A DNA stretch of 63,382 bases, filler included. It is 3 parts of 3 records of this genome, joined end to end, with 100 filler letters (N's around TTAATTAATTAA, not from the genome) between each part and the next. Parts side by side here need not be neighbours in the genome. Positions count along the whole stretch, not along the records: positions 30,473 to 55,790 come from DRR378314_119; positions 55,891 to 63,382 come from DRR378314_136; 1 more part is not named here. The stretch is one strand, 5' to 3'. The first letter of the stretch is position 1; each line of letters starts with the position of its first letter. Below are positions 48,109-58,192 of the stretch, in pieces. The notes beneath the pieces were generated by a model. The model searched no databases, was not told the origin of the DNA, and saw nothing but the letters and a program-made list of their open reading frames with translations. The position numbers and the translations under genes are program-made.

Positions 48109-49053
48109 ATGCATATTTGTAAGAAAGCCCTCACCGCTTTGGCGGTGGTCGCCAGTGGTTTCGCCGGGGCAGCAAACGCCGAGTATCCAGAGAAACCCGT
48201 CGAATTCATCGTCCCATGGCCCCCCGGTGATCTGGAGGACGTGTTGACCCGCATGATCGCCGAGGATTTTCAGGCCAAATATGGTGTTGCAGCGGCGGTG
48301 GTGAATAAACCCGGTGGCGGCGGTGGCCCTTTTCCCGGTGCTATAGAGGTCGCCAAGGCCCCAGCGGATGGGTACACAGTCGGATCCTTCCTGATCGCCA
48401 TTCCGGTTGTTGGACCGCAGATCGGCATTCCCGAACTGACACCAAACCCGTTTGAACCTTTGGGGAACTTCCTGACCTATCCCTTTGTGATCGCGGCCGG
48501 GGGCAATGCCCCTTATGACGATATGGCCGGGCTTGCGGCACATGCCAAAGAGACCGACGTTGTGCTGGGCCATTTCGGTGCCCCGCTGGTACCGACCCGC
48601 GTGACATTGGCCTTGGCCAAGGAAATGGGGTTCACCTATGCCTCTGACGCAGCCTTTGACGCGCTGGATTGCAATACGCTGGCCTCCGGCGATGTTGACG
48701 TGATCAACACCACCTTGCAATTGATCCTGCCGTGCCTCGATGACGTCAAGGTACTGGCCTCTATCGGGGCGGAGCGGATTTCGCTCACCCCGGACACGCC
48801 AACGGTGGCCGAGCTTGCACCGGATCTGAACGTGGTATTGTGGAACGGGTTATTCGTGCACAAGGACACACCAGAGGACGTGCGCACCAAGATCATTGAT
48901 GTCGCCAAGGAAACGGTCATGTCAGAGCGCGCCCAGAAACTGGCGGCTGAAACCGGTGCATTGGTCTATTGGCAGAACGCCGACGAGGTCACCGCCCAGA
49001 TCGAGGCGGACATCAAGACACTGGATCACATCGGCGAGATGCTGTCAGAATAA
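48109..49053 (+). CDS. tctC: Tripartite tricarboxylate transporter substrate-binding protein
   Basis: YPEKPVEFIVPWPPG, VVNKPGGGG and APADGYT. Confidence 0.9.
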   Translation: MHICKKALTALAVVASGFAGAANAEYPEKPVEFIVPWPPGDLEDVLTRMIAEDFQAKYGVAAAVVNKPGGGGGPFPGAIEVAKAPADGYTVGSFLIAIPVVGPQIGIPELTPNPFEPLGNFLTYPFVIAAGGNAPYDDMAGLAAHAKETDVVLGHFGAPLVPTRVTLALAKEMGFTYASDAAFDALDCNTLASGDVDVINTTLQLILPCLDDVKVLASIGAERISLTPDTPTVAELAPDLNVVLWNGLFVHKDTPEDVRTKIIDVAKETVMSERAQKLAAETGALVYWQNADEVTAQIEADIKTLDHIGEMLSE

Positions 49054-49123
49054 TGCCTGAACACGGTCGGGCTGCATCCCGTAGCCCGATCGATGCAAAC
49101 AATGGGCAATCAGACAGGGGACA

Positions 49124-49666
49124 ATGATGTCGCGAGTGCGGACATTACAGGCGCTGTTCAAACGTTACCGGCGGCCCGGCGATATCGTCTTTGCCTGCGT
49201 CATGCTTGCCGTTTCGGTATTTCTGTTGTCGCAGCTGGTTGAACAGACCACTTGGCGTGCCGGTGCAAAGCTGCCCGCGCAACCAAGGTTCTGGCCCGCC
49301 GTTTCGCTGATCGGGATGACCATGTTTGCCGCGTTGCATTTGCTGGGCTCTTTCCTGTCCGAGCGGATCGAAGGGCGCTGGCGGGAGGTGCGCGTTTGGT
49401 TTGCCTCGTTTGAATATGCCGGCTGGTTTGTCCTTTACGCCCTTGCGGTGCCTTATGGCGGGTATCTTCCAACAACCCTGTTGTTTGCCCTGCTTCTGGT
49501 TCTGCGCGCCGGGTATCGCTGCCGGCGGATCCTAATCTGGACCGCGCTTTGCGCCGTCGTGATTGTTTTGGTGTTCAAAACTTTCCTACAGGTCAAACTG
49601 CCCGCCGGGGCAGTCTATGAACGCCTGCCCGACGGGCTGCGCCTGATTATGCTGAATTATTTCTAG
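49124..49666 (+). CDS. tctB: TTT small membrane subunit
   Basis: PRFWP, VFKTFLQVKLPAG and position between tctC and tctA. Confidence 0.85.
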   Translation: MMSRVRTLQALFKRYRRPGDIVFACVMLAVSVFLLSQLVEQTTWRAGAKLPAQPRFWPAVSLIGMTMFAALHLLGSFLSERIEGRWREVRVWFASFEYAGWFVLYALAVPYGGYLPTTLLFALLLVLRAGYRCRRILIWTALCAVVIVLVFKTFLQVKLPAGAVYERLPDGLRLIMLNYF

Positions 49667-49675
49667 AGGGTCTTG

Positions 49676-51193
49676 ATGGAAAACCTGATGGCAGGGGCCG
49701 AAATGCTGGCGCGCTGGGATGTGATCCTTGCGCTTCTTGTTGGCTCAATCGGTGGGGTGATCATCGGTGCAATTCCTGGGGTGGGCCCTGCCGTGGCCAT
49801 TGCCATCCTGTTGCCCGCGACCTTTTCATTGGACCCTATTGTCGGTCTGACCATGCTGCTTGGCATCTATGGGTCTTCCATGTACGGCGGGGCCATTCCC
49901 GCGATCCTGATCAACACACCGGGGACGGCAGTGAACGCGCTGACCTCTTATGATGGGTACCCGATGACACAACGCGGTGAAAGCAATCGCGCGCTGTCAC
50001 TGGCCTATGCCGCGTCCTTCTGGGGTGGGATATTCGGCATCCTGTGCCTGATCTTGCTGTCACCAGTGCTTGCCCTGATTGCCCCGATGTTTGGCAGCCG
50101 CGAGATTTTCCTCGCGGCCTTGCTGGGGATCATCCTTGTTGTGCTGGCCCATCGCGGCCAGATCTTTGCCGCCGGCATGTTGGCGATGTTTGGGATCTTC
50201 CTGAACACGGTTGGGCTGGATGCGGTGACCTATACACAGCGGTACACATTTGAATTGTCCTTCCTCAGTTCCGGCATCAATCTGATCGTTGTTGTCTTGG
50301 GGCTGTTCGCGCTTAGCCAAGCGTTCTTTTTGCTGACCGACAAGGACAACAGCCCCGATGCGCAACCGACCAAGGGCCGGTTGACCTCTGGGTTTCGCGA
50401 GATCGCACAACATAAGAGAGTGGCGAGCATGGCCTCGGGGTTTGGTGTGATAATGGGGATGATCCCCGGTGTCGGGGAGTTCACCGCCCAATTCATGAGC
50501 TACACCTATGCGCAAAAAACGTCCAAAGACCCTGCCCTATTTGGCAAGGGGTCGCCCGAAGGTCTGGTCGCATCAGAAGCAGCCAATAACGCGGTCCCCG
50601 CCGCCGCGATGATCCCGCTTCTTGCCCTAGGTATCCCCGGTGAGGCGCTGACCGCGATGATGCTATCAGTGTTTTATGTTCATAACGTCGTGCCCGGCCC
50701 GCAACTGTTCCAGAACAACATTGATCTCGTTTATGGGCTCTATCTGGCGCTGATCCTGCTCAACGTCATTGTGATCTGCTTTTTGATGGTCTCGACCAAC
50801 CTTCTGACCAAAATCATCCGGGTGCCCACACGTCTGCTGGGGGTGATGATCCTGATGCTCAGCTTTGTCGGTGTCTATTCGCTGCGCAACTCCCTGACCG
50901 ATTGCATTCTGGCCGCAGGGTTCGGGGTGCTGGGGCTGATCCTGAAACGGCTGAACCTGCCCTTGGTGCCGATCATCCTCGGTATGGTGCTGGGCGGGAT
51001 CATGGAGGTGAAACTGCGCTCTGCCATGCCACGTCTCAAGACGCCGTTTGATATGATTGACCGGCCCATCTCCTTCATCCTGTTTGTCATGATCCTTTTG
51101 GTGATTGCACTGCATCTGCGCACTCTGTTGCGCGAGCTTCGCAATCCTTCACCGCAAGTGGATCACGACCTGCACGACACCCAGCAACGTTAA
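49676..51193 (+). CDS. tctA: TTT large permease
   Basis: GAIPGVG, YGGAIPAILINTPG, EAANNA and LALGIPG. Confidence 0.93.
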   Translation: MENLMAGAEMLARWDVILALLVGSIGGVIIGAIPGVGPAVAIAILLPATFSLDPIVGLTMLLGIYGSSMYGGAIPAILINTPGTAVNALTSYDGYPMTQRGESNRALSLAYAASFWGGIFGILCLILLSPVLALIAPMFGSREIFLAALLGIILVVLAHRGQIFAAGMLAMFGIFLNTVGLDAVTYTQRYTFELSFLSSGINLIVVVLGLFALSQAFFLLTDKDNSPDAQPTKGRLTSGFREIAQHKRVASMASGFGVIMGMIPGVGEFTAQFMSYTYAQKTSKDPALFGKGSPEGLVASEAANNAVPAAAMIPLLALGIPGEALTAMMLSVFYVHNVVPGPQLFQNNIDLVYGLYLALILLNVIVICFLMVSTNLLTKIIRVPTRLLGVMILMLSFVGVYSLRNSLTDCILAAGFGVLGLILKRLNLPLVPIILGMVLGGIMEVKLRSAMPRLKTPFDMIDRPISFILFVMILLVIALHLRTLLRELRNPSPQVDHDLHDTQQR

Positions 51194-51248
51194 CCCGCCG
51201 CCACCCCGGTTTCACAAACCGGACAGACGGCCCCAACCCGGAGTCCCC

Positions 51249-52487
51249 ATGCCTGATAAATCCATCCTTGTGATCGGCACCTACGACACCAAAGATGCCG
51301 AGCTGAGTTATATGGCAGAGGCGATCCGCAGACAGGGCGGTGCCGTTGTGACAATGGATGTGTCCGTGCTGGGAGACCCCTCACAGCCTGCAGATTACTC
51401 GAAACATCAGGTCGCAACGGCAGGGGGCAGTTCGATCGAAACCGCCATCGCCAGCGGCGATGAAAACTCAGCGATGCAGATCATGGCCAAAGGTGCCGCG
51501 ACCCTGACGGCACAGTTGCATGATCAGGGCCGGTTTGAGGGGGTGATCATTCTGGGCGGCACAATGGGCACGGACCTTGCCCTAGATGTCTGCGCCGCGC
51601 TGCCCTTGGGGGTGCCGAAATACATCGTTTCGACCGTGGCGTTTTCGCCGCTGATCCCGGCAGAACGGCTGGCGGCAGACATCCAGATGATCCTTTGGGC
51701 TGGCGGGCTTTATGGTTTGAATTCTGTGTGCAAAGCCTCGCTTAGCCAAGCCGCGGGTGCGGTACTGGGCGCGGCACGGGCAGTGCAATTGCCAGAGCGC
51801 GAGGCCCCGTTGATTGGCATGACCTCGCTAGGGAAATCCGCCCTGCGCTATATGGTTGATCTGAAACCGGCGCTGGAAGAGCGCGGTTTCGAGGTTGCGG
51901 TTTTCCATGCCACCGGCATGGGCGGGCGGGCATTCGAAAATCTGGCAGCGCAAGGGGCCTTTGCCTGTGTTTTCGACTTTTGCACGCAAGAGCTGGGCAA
52001 TCATATCCATGGGTCCAACATTTCCGCCGGGGCGGACCGTCTGACCAACGCCGGAAAGAAAGGTACGCCGCAGCTGGTCGCGCCCGGCTGTTACGATCTG
52101 GTTGATATCGTAGGCTGGCAACCTGTGCCTGAGAAATGGGCGCAGCATCTGCGCCATGATCACAACCGGTTGCTTACCTCTATTGTCCTGAATCATGAGG
52201 AGCGCCGTGCGGTTGCCCGCGCCCATGCCCGCCAGCTTGAGACCGCCACAGCCCCAGTTGCGATTTTCTTGCCAGAAGACGGCTTGGGCGAATGGGACCG
52301 GCGCGGGGCGGACCTTTGTGATCCAGAGGGGTTGCAGGTGTTTTATGATACGCTGGAACAAACCTGCCCCGACCACGTGGCACAACACCGGGTCAAGGGG
52401 CATATCAACGACGCCGTTTTCACCCGCAGCGCGCTTGCGGTGTTTGATGACTGGTGTGCAAAAGGCGTGGTCAAACCTGTCGTATGA
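51249..52487 (+). CDS. Tm-1-like ATP-binding domain protein (UPF0261)
   Basis: IGTYDTK, LPLGVPKYIVST, VFHATGMGGRAFE and HIND..F. Confidence 0.88.
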   Translation: MPDKSILVIGTYDTKDAELSYMAEAIRRQGGAVVTMDVSVLGDPSQPADYSKHQVATAGGSSIETAIASGDENSAMQIMAKGAATLTAQLHDQGRFEGVIILGGTMGTDLALDVCAALPLGVPKYIVSTVAFSPLIPAERLAADIQMILWAGGLYGLNSVCKASLSQAAGAVLGAARAVQLPEREAPLIGMTSLGKSALRYMVDLKPALEERGFEVAVFHATGMGGRAFENLAAQGAFACVFDFCTQELGNHIHGSNISAGADRLTNAGKKGTPQLVAPGCYDLVDIVGWQPVPEKWAQHLRHDHNRLLTSIVLNHEERRAVARAHARQLETATAPVAIFLPEDGLGEWDRRGADLCDPEGLQVFYDTLEQTCPDHVAQHRVKGHINDAVFTRSALAVFDDWCAKGVVKPVV

Positions 52488-52543
52488 TCACGCCCGTCAC
52501 TTTTGCATCTGCGTTACATGACACCGCGCTACGCCTGCTGAAA

Positions 52544-53182
52544 TCAGCGGGCCAGTTTGCTGGCCGCGCGGGCCAAGGCTTCGATCTCGTCCCATTTACC
52601 AGCTACAACCAGATCATTTGGCGCGACCCAGCTGCCGCCGGCACAGATTACATTTGGCTGTGACAGGTAGCTTTCCGCATTGCCCGGGTTGATCCCGCCA
52701 GTCGGGCAGAATGTGATCTGGGGCAAAGGCCCGCCAATCCCTTTCAGGGCTGCAACGCCGCCGGAGGCTTCGGCGGGAAAGAACTTTTGCACATCATAGC
52801 CACGCGCCAGCAGCGCCATCGCCTCGGAGGCCGTTGCCGCGCCGGGCAGCATCGGCAGCCCTGCGGCCTCTGTCGCATCCAGCAGCGCATCGGTGGCCCC
52901 CGGTGATACGCCAAATCGCGCACCGGCCTTAACAGCCGCGGCAACATCTTCGGGTGTGACCAAAGTGCCCGCACCGGCATAGCCGCCTTCGACCTTGGCC
53001 ATCTCTGCAATGACCTCAAGCGCGGCGGGCGTGCGAAGGGTCACCTCAAGAACAGGCAACCCGCCGCGCACCAAAGCTTCGGCCAAGGGGCGGGCGTGAG
53101 CCACATCATGCACAACCAACACCGGAATGATCGGGGCCAATGCACAAAGCTTGCGGGCTTCTGTTGAACGTGAGTTTTCCAT
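52544..53182 (-). CDS. eda: KDPG/KHG aldolase
   Basis: LEVTLRT, GAGT, KFFPAE and FCPTGGI. Confidence 0.96.
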   Translation of the reverse strand: MENSRSTEARKLCALAPIIPVLVVHDVAHARPLAEALVRGGLPVLEVTLRTPAALEVIAEMAKVEGGYAGAGTLVTPEDVAAAVKAGARFGVSPGATDALLDATEAAGLPMLPGAATASEAMALLARGYDVQKFFPAEASGGVAALKGIGGPLPQITFCPTGGINPGNAESYLSQPNVICAGGSWVAPNDLVVAGKWDEIEALARAASKLAR

Positions 53183-53192
53183 TTACATATCC

Positions 53193-55001
53193 TTACCAAC
53201 CAAAGACGCATGCGCCTGTTTCTGCCGCACCCACGGATGCACGGAACGGCGCAAACAGCTCGCGACCTGTGCCCGTGTGGCCGCCGGTCAGATCCGCTGT
53301 TGCGATAGGACGTCCGGCGGCTTCTGTGCTCAGGTTTTCCAACGTCCCGTTCACCGCATCCAGCCGCAACATATCGCCATCCTGTACCTGCGCAATCGGT
53401 CCGCCGTCTACCGCTTCGGGGCAGACGTGGATGGCAGCGGGCACCTTGCCGGATGCACCCGACATGCGCCCGTCCGTCACCAACGCCACCTTTTGGCCGC
53501 GCCCCTGAAGGATCGCCAACATAGGTGTCAGGCTGTGCAGTTCCGGCATACCATTGGCCTTGGGCCCCTGAAAGCGGACCACAACAATCACGTCGCCCGT
53601 GAACTCTCCTGCTTTGAATGCCGCCTTTGCATCCTCTTGTGAATGGAACACACGGGCGGGGGCCTCAACAATGTGGAATTCGGGTTTCACGGCAGAGACC
53701 TTGATCACGCCGGTGCCCAAAGACCCCTTAAGCCGTTTCAACCCGCCGGTTTCGGCAAAAGGTGTTTCGATTGTACCGACGATCTTGTCGTTCAGGCTGG
53801 TTTCTGTGCCCTCCCGCCAGATCAATTCACCATCCTGCAAGAACGGTTCCTCTGTGTAGTGCGCAAGCCCCCTGCCCGCGACTGTCATCGTGTCAGGGTG
53901 CAGCAATCCACCCTTGAGTAATTCGCGGATCACCAGCCCCAGACCGCCAGCCGCGTGGAAGTGGTTCACATCCGCCAGGCCGTTGGGGTAAACCCGCGCC
54001 AGCAGCGGCACGATTTCAGATATGTCAGAGAAGTCCTCCGGTGTCAGCACGATGCCACCCGCCCGCGCCATCGCGACCAGATGGATCAGCAGGTTCGTTG
54101 ACCCGCCTGTCGCCATCAGGCCAACCATACCGTTTACAAACGCCTTTTCGTCCAGAATATCGCAGACCGGCGTATAGTTTTCGCCCAGTGCCGACAGCGA
54201 CAAGGCACGCCGCGCACCTTCAGCGGTCAGCGCCATGCGCATACCGGTGTTGGGGGTGACAAAACTCGATCCCGGCAGGTGCAGCCCCATGAACTCCATC
54301 AACATCTGGTTGGTGTTGGCAGTGCCGTAAAAGGTGCAGGTGCCGGGCCCGTGGTAGGCGGCCATTTCGGCGGCCATCAGCTCTTCGCGGCCGCATTCCC
54401 CTGCGGCAAATTTCTGGCGCACCATCGCCTTGTCATCATTGGCCAGACCGCTGGTCATTGGCCCTGCTGGCACAAACACTGCTGCCAGATGACCAAAAGC
54501 CTGCGCACCGATCACCAGCCCCGGAACAATCTTGTCGCAGACTCCGAGGAACACCGCAGCGTCAAATACATTATGGCTAAGTGCCACGCCAGTCGCCATG
54601 GCAATCACGTCACGCGAAAACAGGCTCAGTTCCATGCCCGCCTCACCTTGGGTCACGCCATCACACATCGCCGGAACGCCACCCGCAACCTGTGCTGTGC
54701 CACCGACGCTGCGGGCTGCATCACGCAAGATATCGGGGAAAACCTCAAAGGGCTGATGCGCGGACAGCATATCATTATAGGCTGTGACAATCCCAAGGTT
54801 GCCACCGATGCCTGTCGCCAACGCGCCCTGATCCTCGCCCGCAGCAGCAAAAGCATGTGCCTGCCCGCTGCACGACAGATGTGCGCGAGAGGGGCCCTTG
54901 CTGGCAGCCGCCCGCATGCGGGACAAATAGGCATCACGCGAGGCTGCGCTGCGTTGAATTATCCGATCGGTAATTTCCTGAATCTTTGCATGAACGGCCA
55001 T
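53193..55001 (-). CDS. edd: 6-phosphogluconate dehydratase
   Basis: [36 protein letters not shown] and [10 protein letters not shown]. Confidence 0.97.
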   Translation of the reverse strand: MAVHAKIQEITDRIIQRSAASRDAYLSRMRAAASKGPSRAHLSCSGQAHAFAAAGEDQGALATGIGGNLGIVTAYNDMLSAHQPFEVFPDILRDAARSVGGTAQVAGGVPAMCDGVTQGEAGMELSLFSRDVIAMATGVALSHNVFDAAVFLGVCDKIVPGLVIGAQAFGHLAAVFVPAGPMTSGLANDDKAMVRQKFAAGECGREELMAAEMAAYHGPGTCTFYGTANTNQMLMEFMGLHLPGSSFVTPNTGMRMALTAEGARRALSLSALGENYTPVCDILDEKAFVNGMVGLMATGGSTNLLIHLVAMARAGGIVLTPEDFSDISEIVPLLARVYPNGLADVNHFHAAGGLGLVIRELLKGGLLHPDTMTVAGRGLAHYTEEPFLQDGELIWREGTETSLNDKIVGTIETPFAETGGLKRLKGSLGTGVIKVSAVKPEFHIVEAPARVFHSQEDAKAAFKAGEFTGDVIVVVRFQGPKANGMPELHSLTPMLAILQGRGQKVALVTDGRMSGASGKVPAAIHVCPEAVDGGPIAQVQDGDMLRLDAVNGTLENLSTEAAGRPIATADLTGGHTGTGRELFAPFRASVGAAETGACVFGW

Positions 55002-55012
55002 GAATCACCCAC

Positions 55013-55026
55013 TGTTAGCGTTAACA
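55013..55026. promoter_or_regulatory. LacI-family-type operator upstream of edd
   Basis: TGTTAGCGTTAACA, a near-perfect palindrome with a central CG, 11 nt upstream of the edd start. Confidence 0.65.
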
Positions 55027-55312
55027 TCGCCACTCCTACGGGCAAATTGACGTTTAGGCAACCGTTTCCATCCGAATAGATGCGCGCAGTCACCACTTTT
55101 AGATATGACAGGCATGCCGCGCTCATCCGTGCCGCTAGGAAGCAACGCAAACGCCAGTGTCGCGGGCAGATGGAATGCCCGCGACAGAAATCACAACTGT
55201 GATCAATTCAATCTTGTTTTACGTAGCTAAAGAGACCGCCATCTGGGTCGCGCACACGCTCTACCTTGCGTCAGCACGGTGATTACCCGCCCCTCGCCTA
55301 AGTCGCCTGATC

Positions 55313-55790
55313 TTAGATCATGCTGCTGATATGGGCCGCAGTATCCAGCATCCGGTTTGAGAAACCCCATTCATTGTCATACCAGCTGACCACCCGCACC
55401 ATGCCCGCAGATGTGACACTGGTTTGCGCCGGGGCAAAGATCGATGACATCGGGTTGTGATTGAAATCGGATGAGACCAGCGGCGCTTCCTCATACCCCA
55501 AGACACCTTTCAGCGCCCCGTTGGCCGCATTCTGAATCGCGGCGTTTACGGTTTCAACGGTCGCCGTACGCTCGGGCATAAAGCTGAGATCAACCAGTGA
55601 CACATTCGCTGTCGGCACGCGGATGGCAGATCCTTCAAGACGGCCCTCAAGATGCGGCAGCACCAATGAGATGGCCCGCGCGGCCCCCGTAGATGTCGGG
55701 ATCATCGACAGTGCACAGGCGCGTGCACGGTACAGATCGGAATGATCGCGGTCATGGGAGGGCTGATCGCCGGTATAGGCATGGATCGTG
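55313..55790 (-). CDS. gap: Glyceraldehyde-3-phosphate dehydrogenase, C-terminal part (5' truncated)
   Basis: [30 protein letters not shown] and [10 protein letters not shown]. Confidence 0.95.
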
Positions 55791-55890
55791 NNNNNNNNNN
55801 NNNNNNNNNNNNNNNNNNNNNNNNNNNNNNNNNNTTAATTAATTAANNNNNNNNNNNNNNNNNNNNNNNNNNNNNNNNNNNNNNNNNNNN
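55791..55890. other. Artificial contig-joining spacer
   Basis: 44 N + TTAATTAATTAA + 44 N. Confidence 0.99.
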
Positions 55891-55979
55891 CTCTCTCTCT
55901 CTCTCTCTCTCTCTCGATCTTTCTCCCTCTCCATCATCATCTTTCACACTTTCATTCTCTCTTTCTCTCTCTCTCTCTC
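55891..55979. repeat. (CT)n microsatellites at the contig start
   Basis: CT runs at 55891-55915 and about 55956-55979. Confidence 0.9.
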
Positions 55980-56229
55980 CATCCATCATCTTCCGTACGT
56001 TGATTCTCTTTTTTCACTCTGTCTTTGTACTTTCGTTTGTTCTCTTACTCTTTCGCCAACTGGATCCAACTCGGACTTTCCGTCACAACAGTACTCCAGA
56101 ACAATGATAAACTACAGAAAGGAAAGACGGAAGATGACTGGAATACTGAATATCTTTCCTCCCCGCTGTCGCCCTTTTCACTATATCATATATTATCTTC
56201 ATTTTGCAATATAATAACGCTGTATATAC

Positions 56230-56408
56230 CTTGATTCGAATCGATCCGACATGAGCGCGAGAAACCTCGATGGGAAGACCTTTGAAGAACGGAACAAGCG
56301 CATCAGGATTCAACTCGACATTTCGTATCTCGGACGACCCTTTCAGTAGACGGATATTAAAGTCGCGCTTTGAATCAAAATCAAGAAGAAACTTGTCCAA
56401 GTATTTTC
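56230..56408 (-). CDS. Exon of a Chorein_N-domain gene (VPS13/ATG2/BLTP family), eukaryotic
   Basis: KYLDKFLLDFDSKRDFNIRLLKGSSEIRNVELNPDALVPFFKGLPIEVSRAHVGSIRIK, bounded by CAG| and |GTATAT. Confidence 0.7.
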
Positions 56409-57016
56409 CTGTACCAACGGAGGAGTGGGATAGCATGCACAGACATTCGTCTCACAAAGCGAGTTGAGAAACAAAGCGGAAACGCCTCTCGAAGCAAAGG
56501 AAACACGACAGTTCCCAACGAGCGACAGAAACGAAACTCGTTTACGCTGCAGCAGAAGGAAATTTAGGGAAGCAACAGGGAAATGCATGGAAGAATAGTA
56601 CGCTTTTCTACGTAAATAAAGAGGGAACGAGTCCTGTGAGGTAGGACAATACCCTCGAAAACCTCACTTGCAGGCAGATCCGGGAGACTCCGCACTCGTA
56701 TCGCTCTGGCTGTGGGGCGAGCTACGACACTTGTGGAGCAAACAAACCAGCTACTGAGGAAGAAAACCGAGCGAAATGAACACCTCCGTGATCCGTTAGC
56801 ATGTACTTGCAGTACGTTTTTGTTTTTTGCGCGTGCTCGTATCGTTGCGGACAGTGCAGCAAGCGCGAGAGGGCGGTGCGAAAGCAGTATACGAAGAGCG
56901 TTTCATGTACCGGGACGAACCAGCCCGAGGGAGAAGCGCCGCGCCGAAACGAGGACCAGCCGCCAACACAGCGGCATAGACGACGCAAGAATCCAGTGCA
57001 AAGCCCTTCGTACAAA

Positions 57017-57031
57017 TATATATATATATAT
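57017..57031. repeat. (TA)n microsatellite
   Basis: TATATATATATATAT. Confidence 0.8.
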
Positions 57032-58192
57032 GATATACGCAGTGCGCTTTCCAGTGCCCCGCTTGGCGAGGATACAATGCGTTGAATCAAACGATGGTAT
57101 AGCAGCGAAGGAGCGCGGAACGCAACGCAGCGGCTGTGGGAGCTGGGCGCTGGTTGCGGCAGCTCGCCCTGAGCGCTCGACGCGCTGCGTTCGCGACGCC
57201 ACTACGACCGCAATTCCTCACCAAAGACGAACACAGAAATGACGCACCAAGTCCATAGTGATATAAACGGGCTCTAATCCACAAGTAGGGGTAATTGTAA
57301 TGCTTGGTTTTGCTGGTTTCGCGGCAGGTACACGGTGCTGTGGAGCGGCGAGGACACGAGGGCGAGGGAGAGGGGCTTCGCGCCGCGCTCCGGCGCCGGA
57401 CGCTCCGACGCGCCGCACACGTACACAGCGAGAGAGACCGACAATACGCCCACCCTACCTCCGTCTAGCATGTACCGTGCAAATAACAGTGCACTTTGCC
57501 TGTGGCGCAGTGATTGGCGGAGCGGTGCCTCGCAAGATGATGATGGGGGATACAGCGTGCGGCAACGGGCGCGAGCGAGCGAGAGAGGGAGCGCGGGGAG
57601 CCTGCGACGCACGACCGCAGTGGACGTGGCGCTGTAACATACCGATCGCGCGAAGTACCAGCTTTTCCGCCATCGCTTGACCGGCGCACAGGAACGTGCG
57701 CGGGAAGAGAACTCAAATATTACAATACTATCTTCTGCTTTGGCGTCACGACCTCCAAGAGGCCCTGGAGACGAGCCGGCCCCGCGCAAGACGCCGCAGA
57801 GGCGAAGGTGCACGATGGAGGAGCGCGAGCGCTCTTTGCGCGGTGACATGTGCAAGAGCAGACTCCATTTAGAAGATAATGCACTGTTTTTCTTTTTCCT
57901 CAAACCGGTTTTAAGAACGCGATATTTTCGGAACCCGCTCAGGCGTTGGAATGATTACACAAATGTAATAACTCCATTCCTTATGGTAGAGGTGTTTATT
58001 GTGTTGAGTGACATACAGTCGCTACGAAACAGCCCCACCAGCCGCGTCCGCTCCACAAATCTTCACGCAACGCAGCGCCGAGCTCCGCGCGCCACAGCAT
58101 CGCAGACGGAAAACTGCGTGAAAAAATCATTTCCATATGAGAAAAATACATGCTGGTCTCGCTTTCACGCTCACAAGGTACAAGGCCCGCGT

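Noticed and set aside
56712..58140. Long Arg/Ala-rich ORFs in the eukaryotic segment
   Set aside because: Low-complexity, no domain signal, and consistent with intergenic/UTR/intronic DNA.
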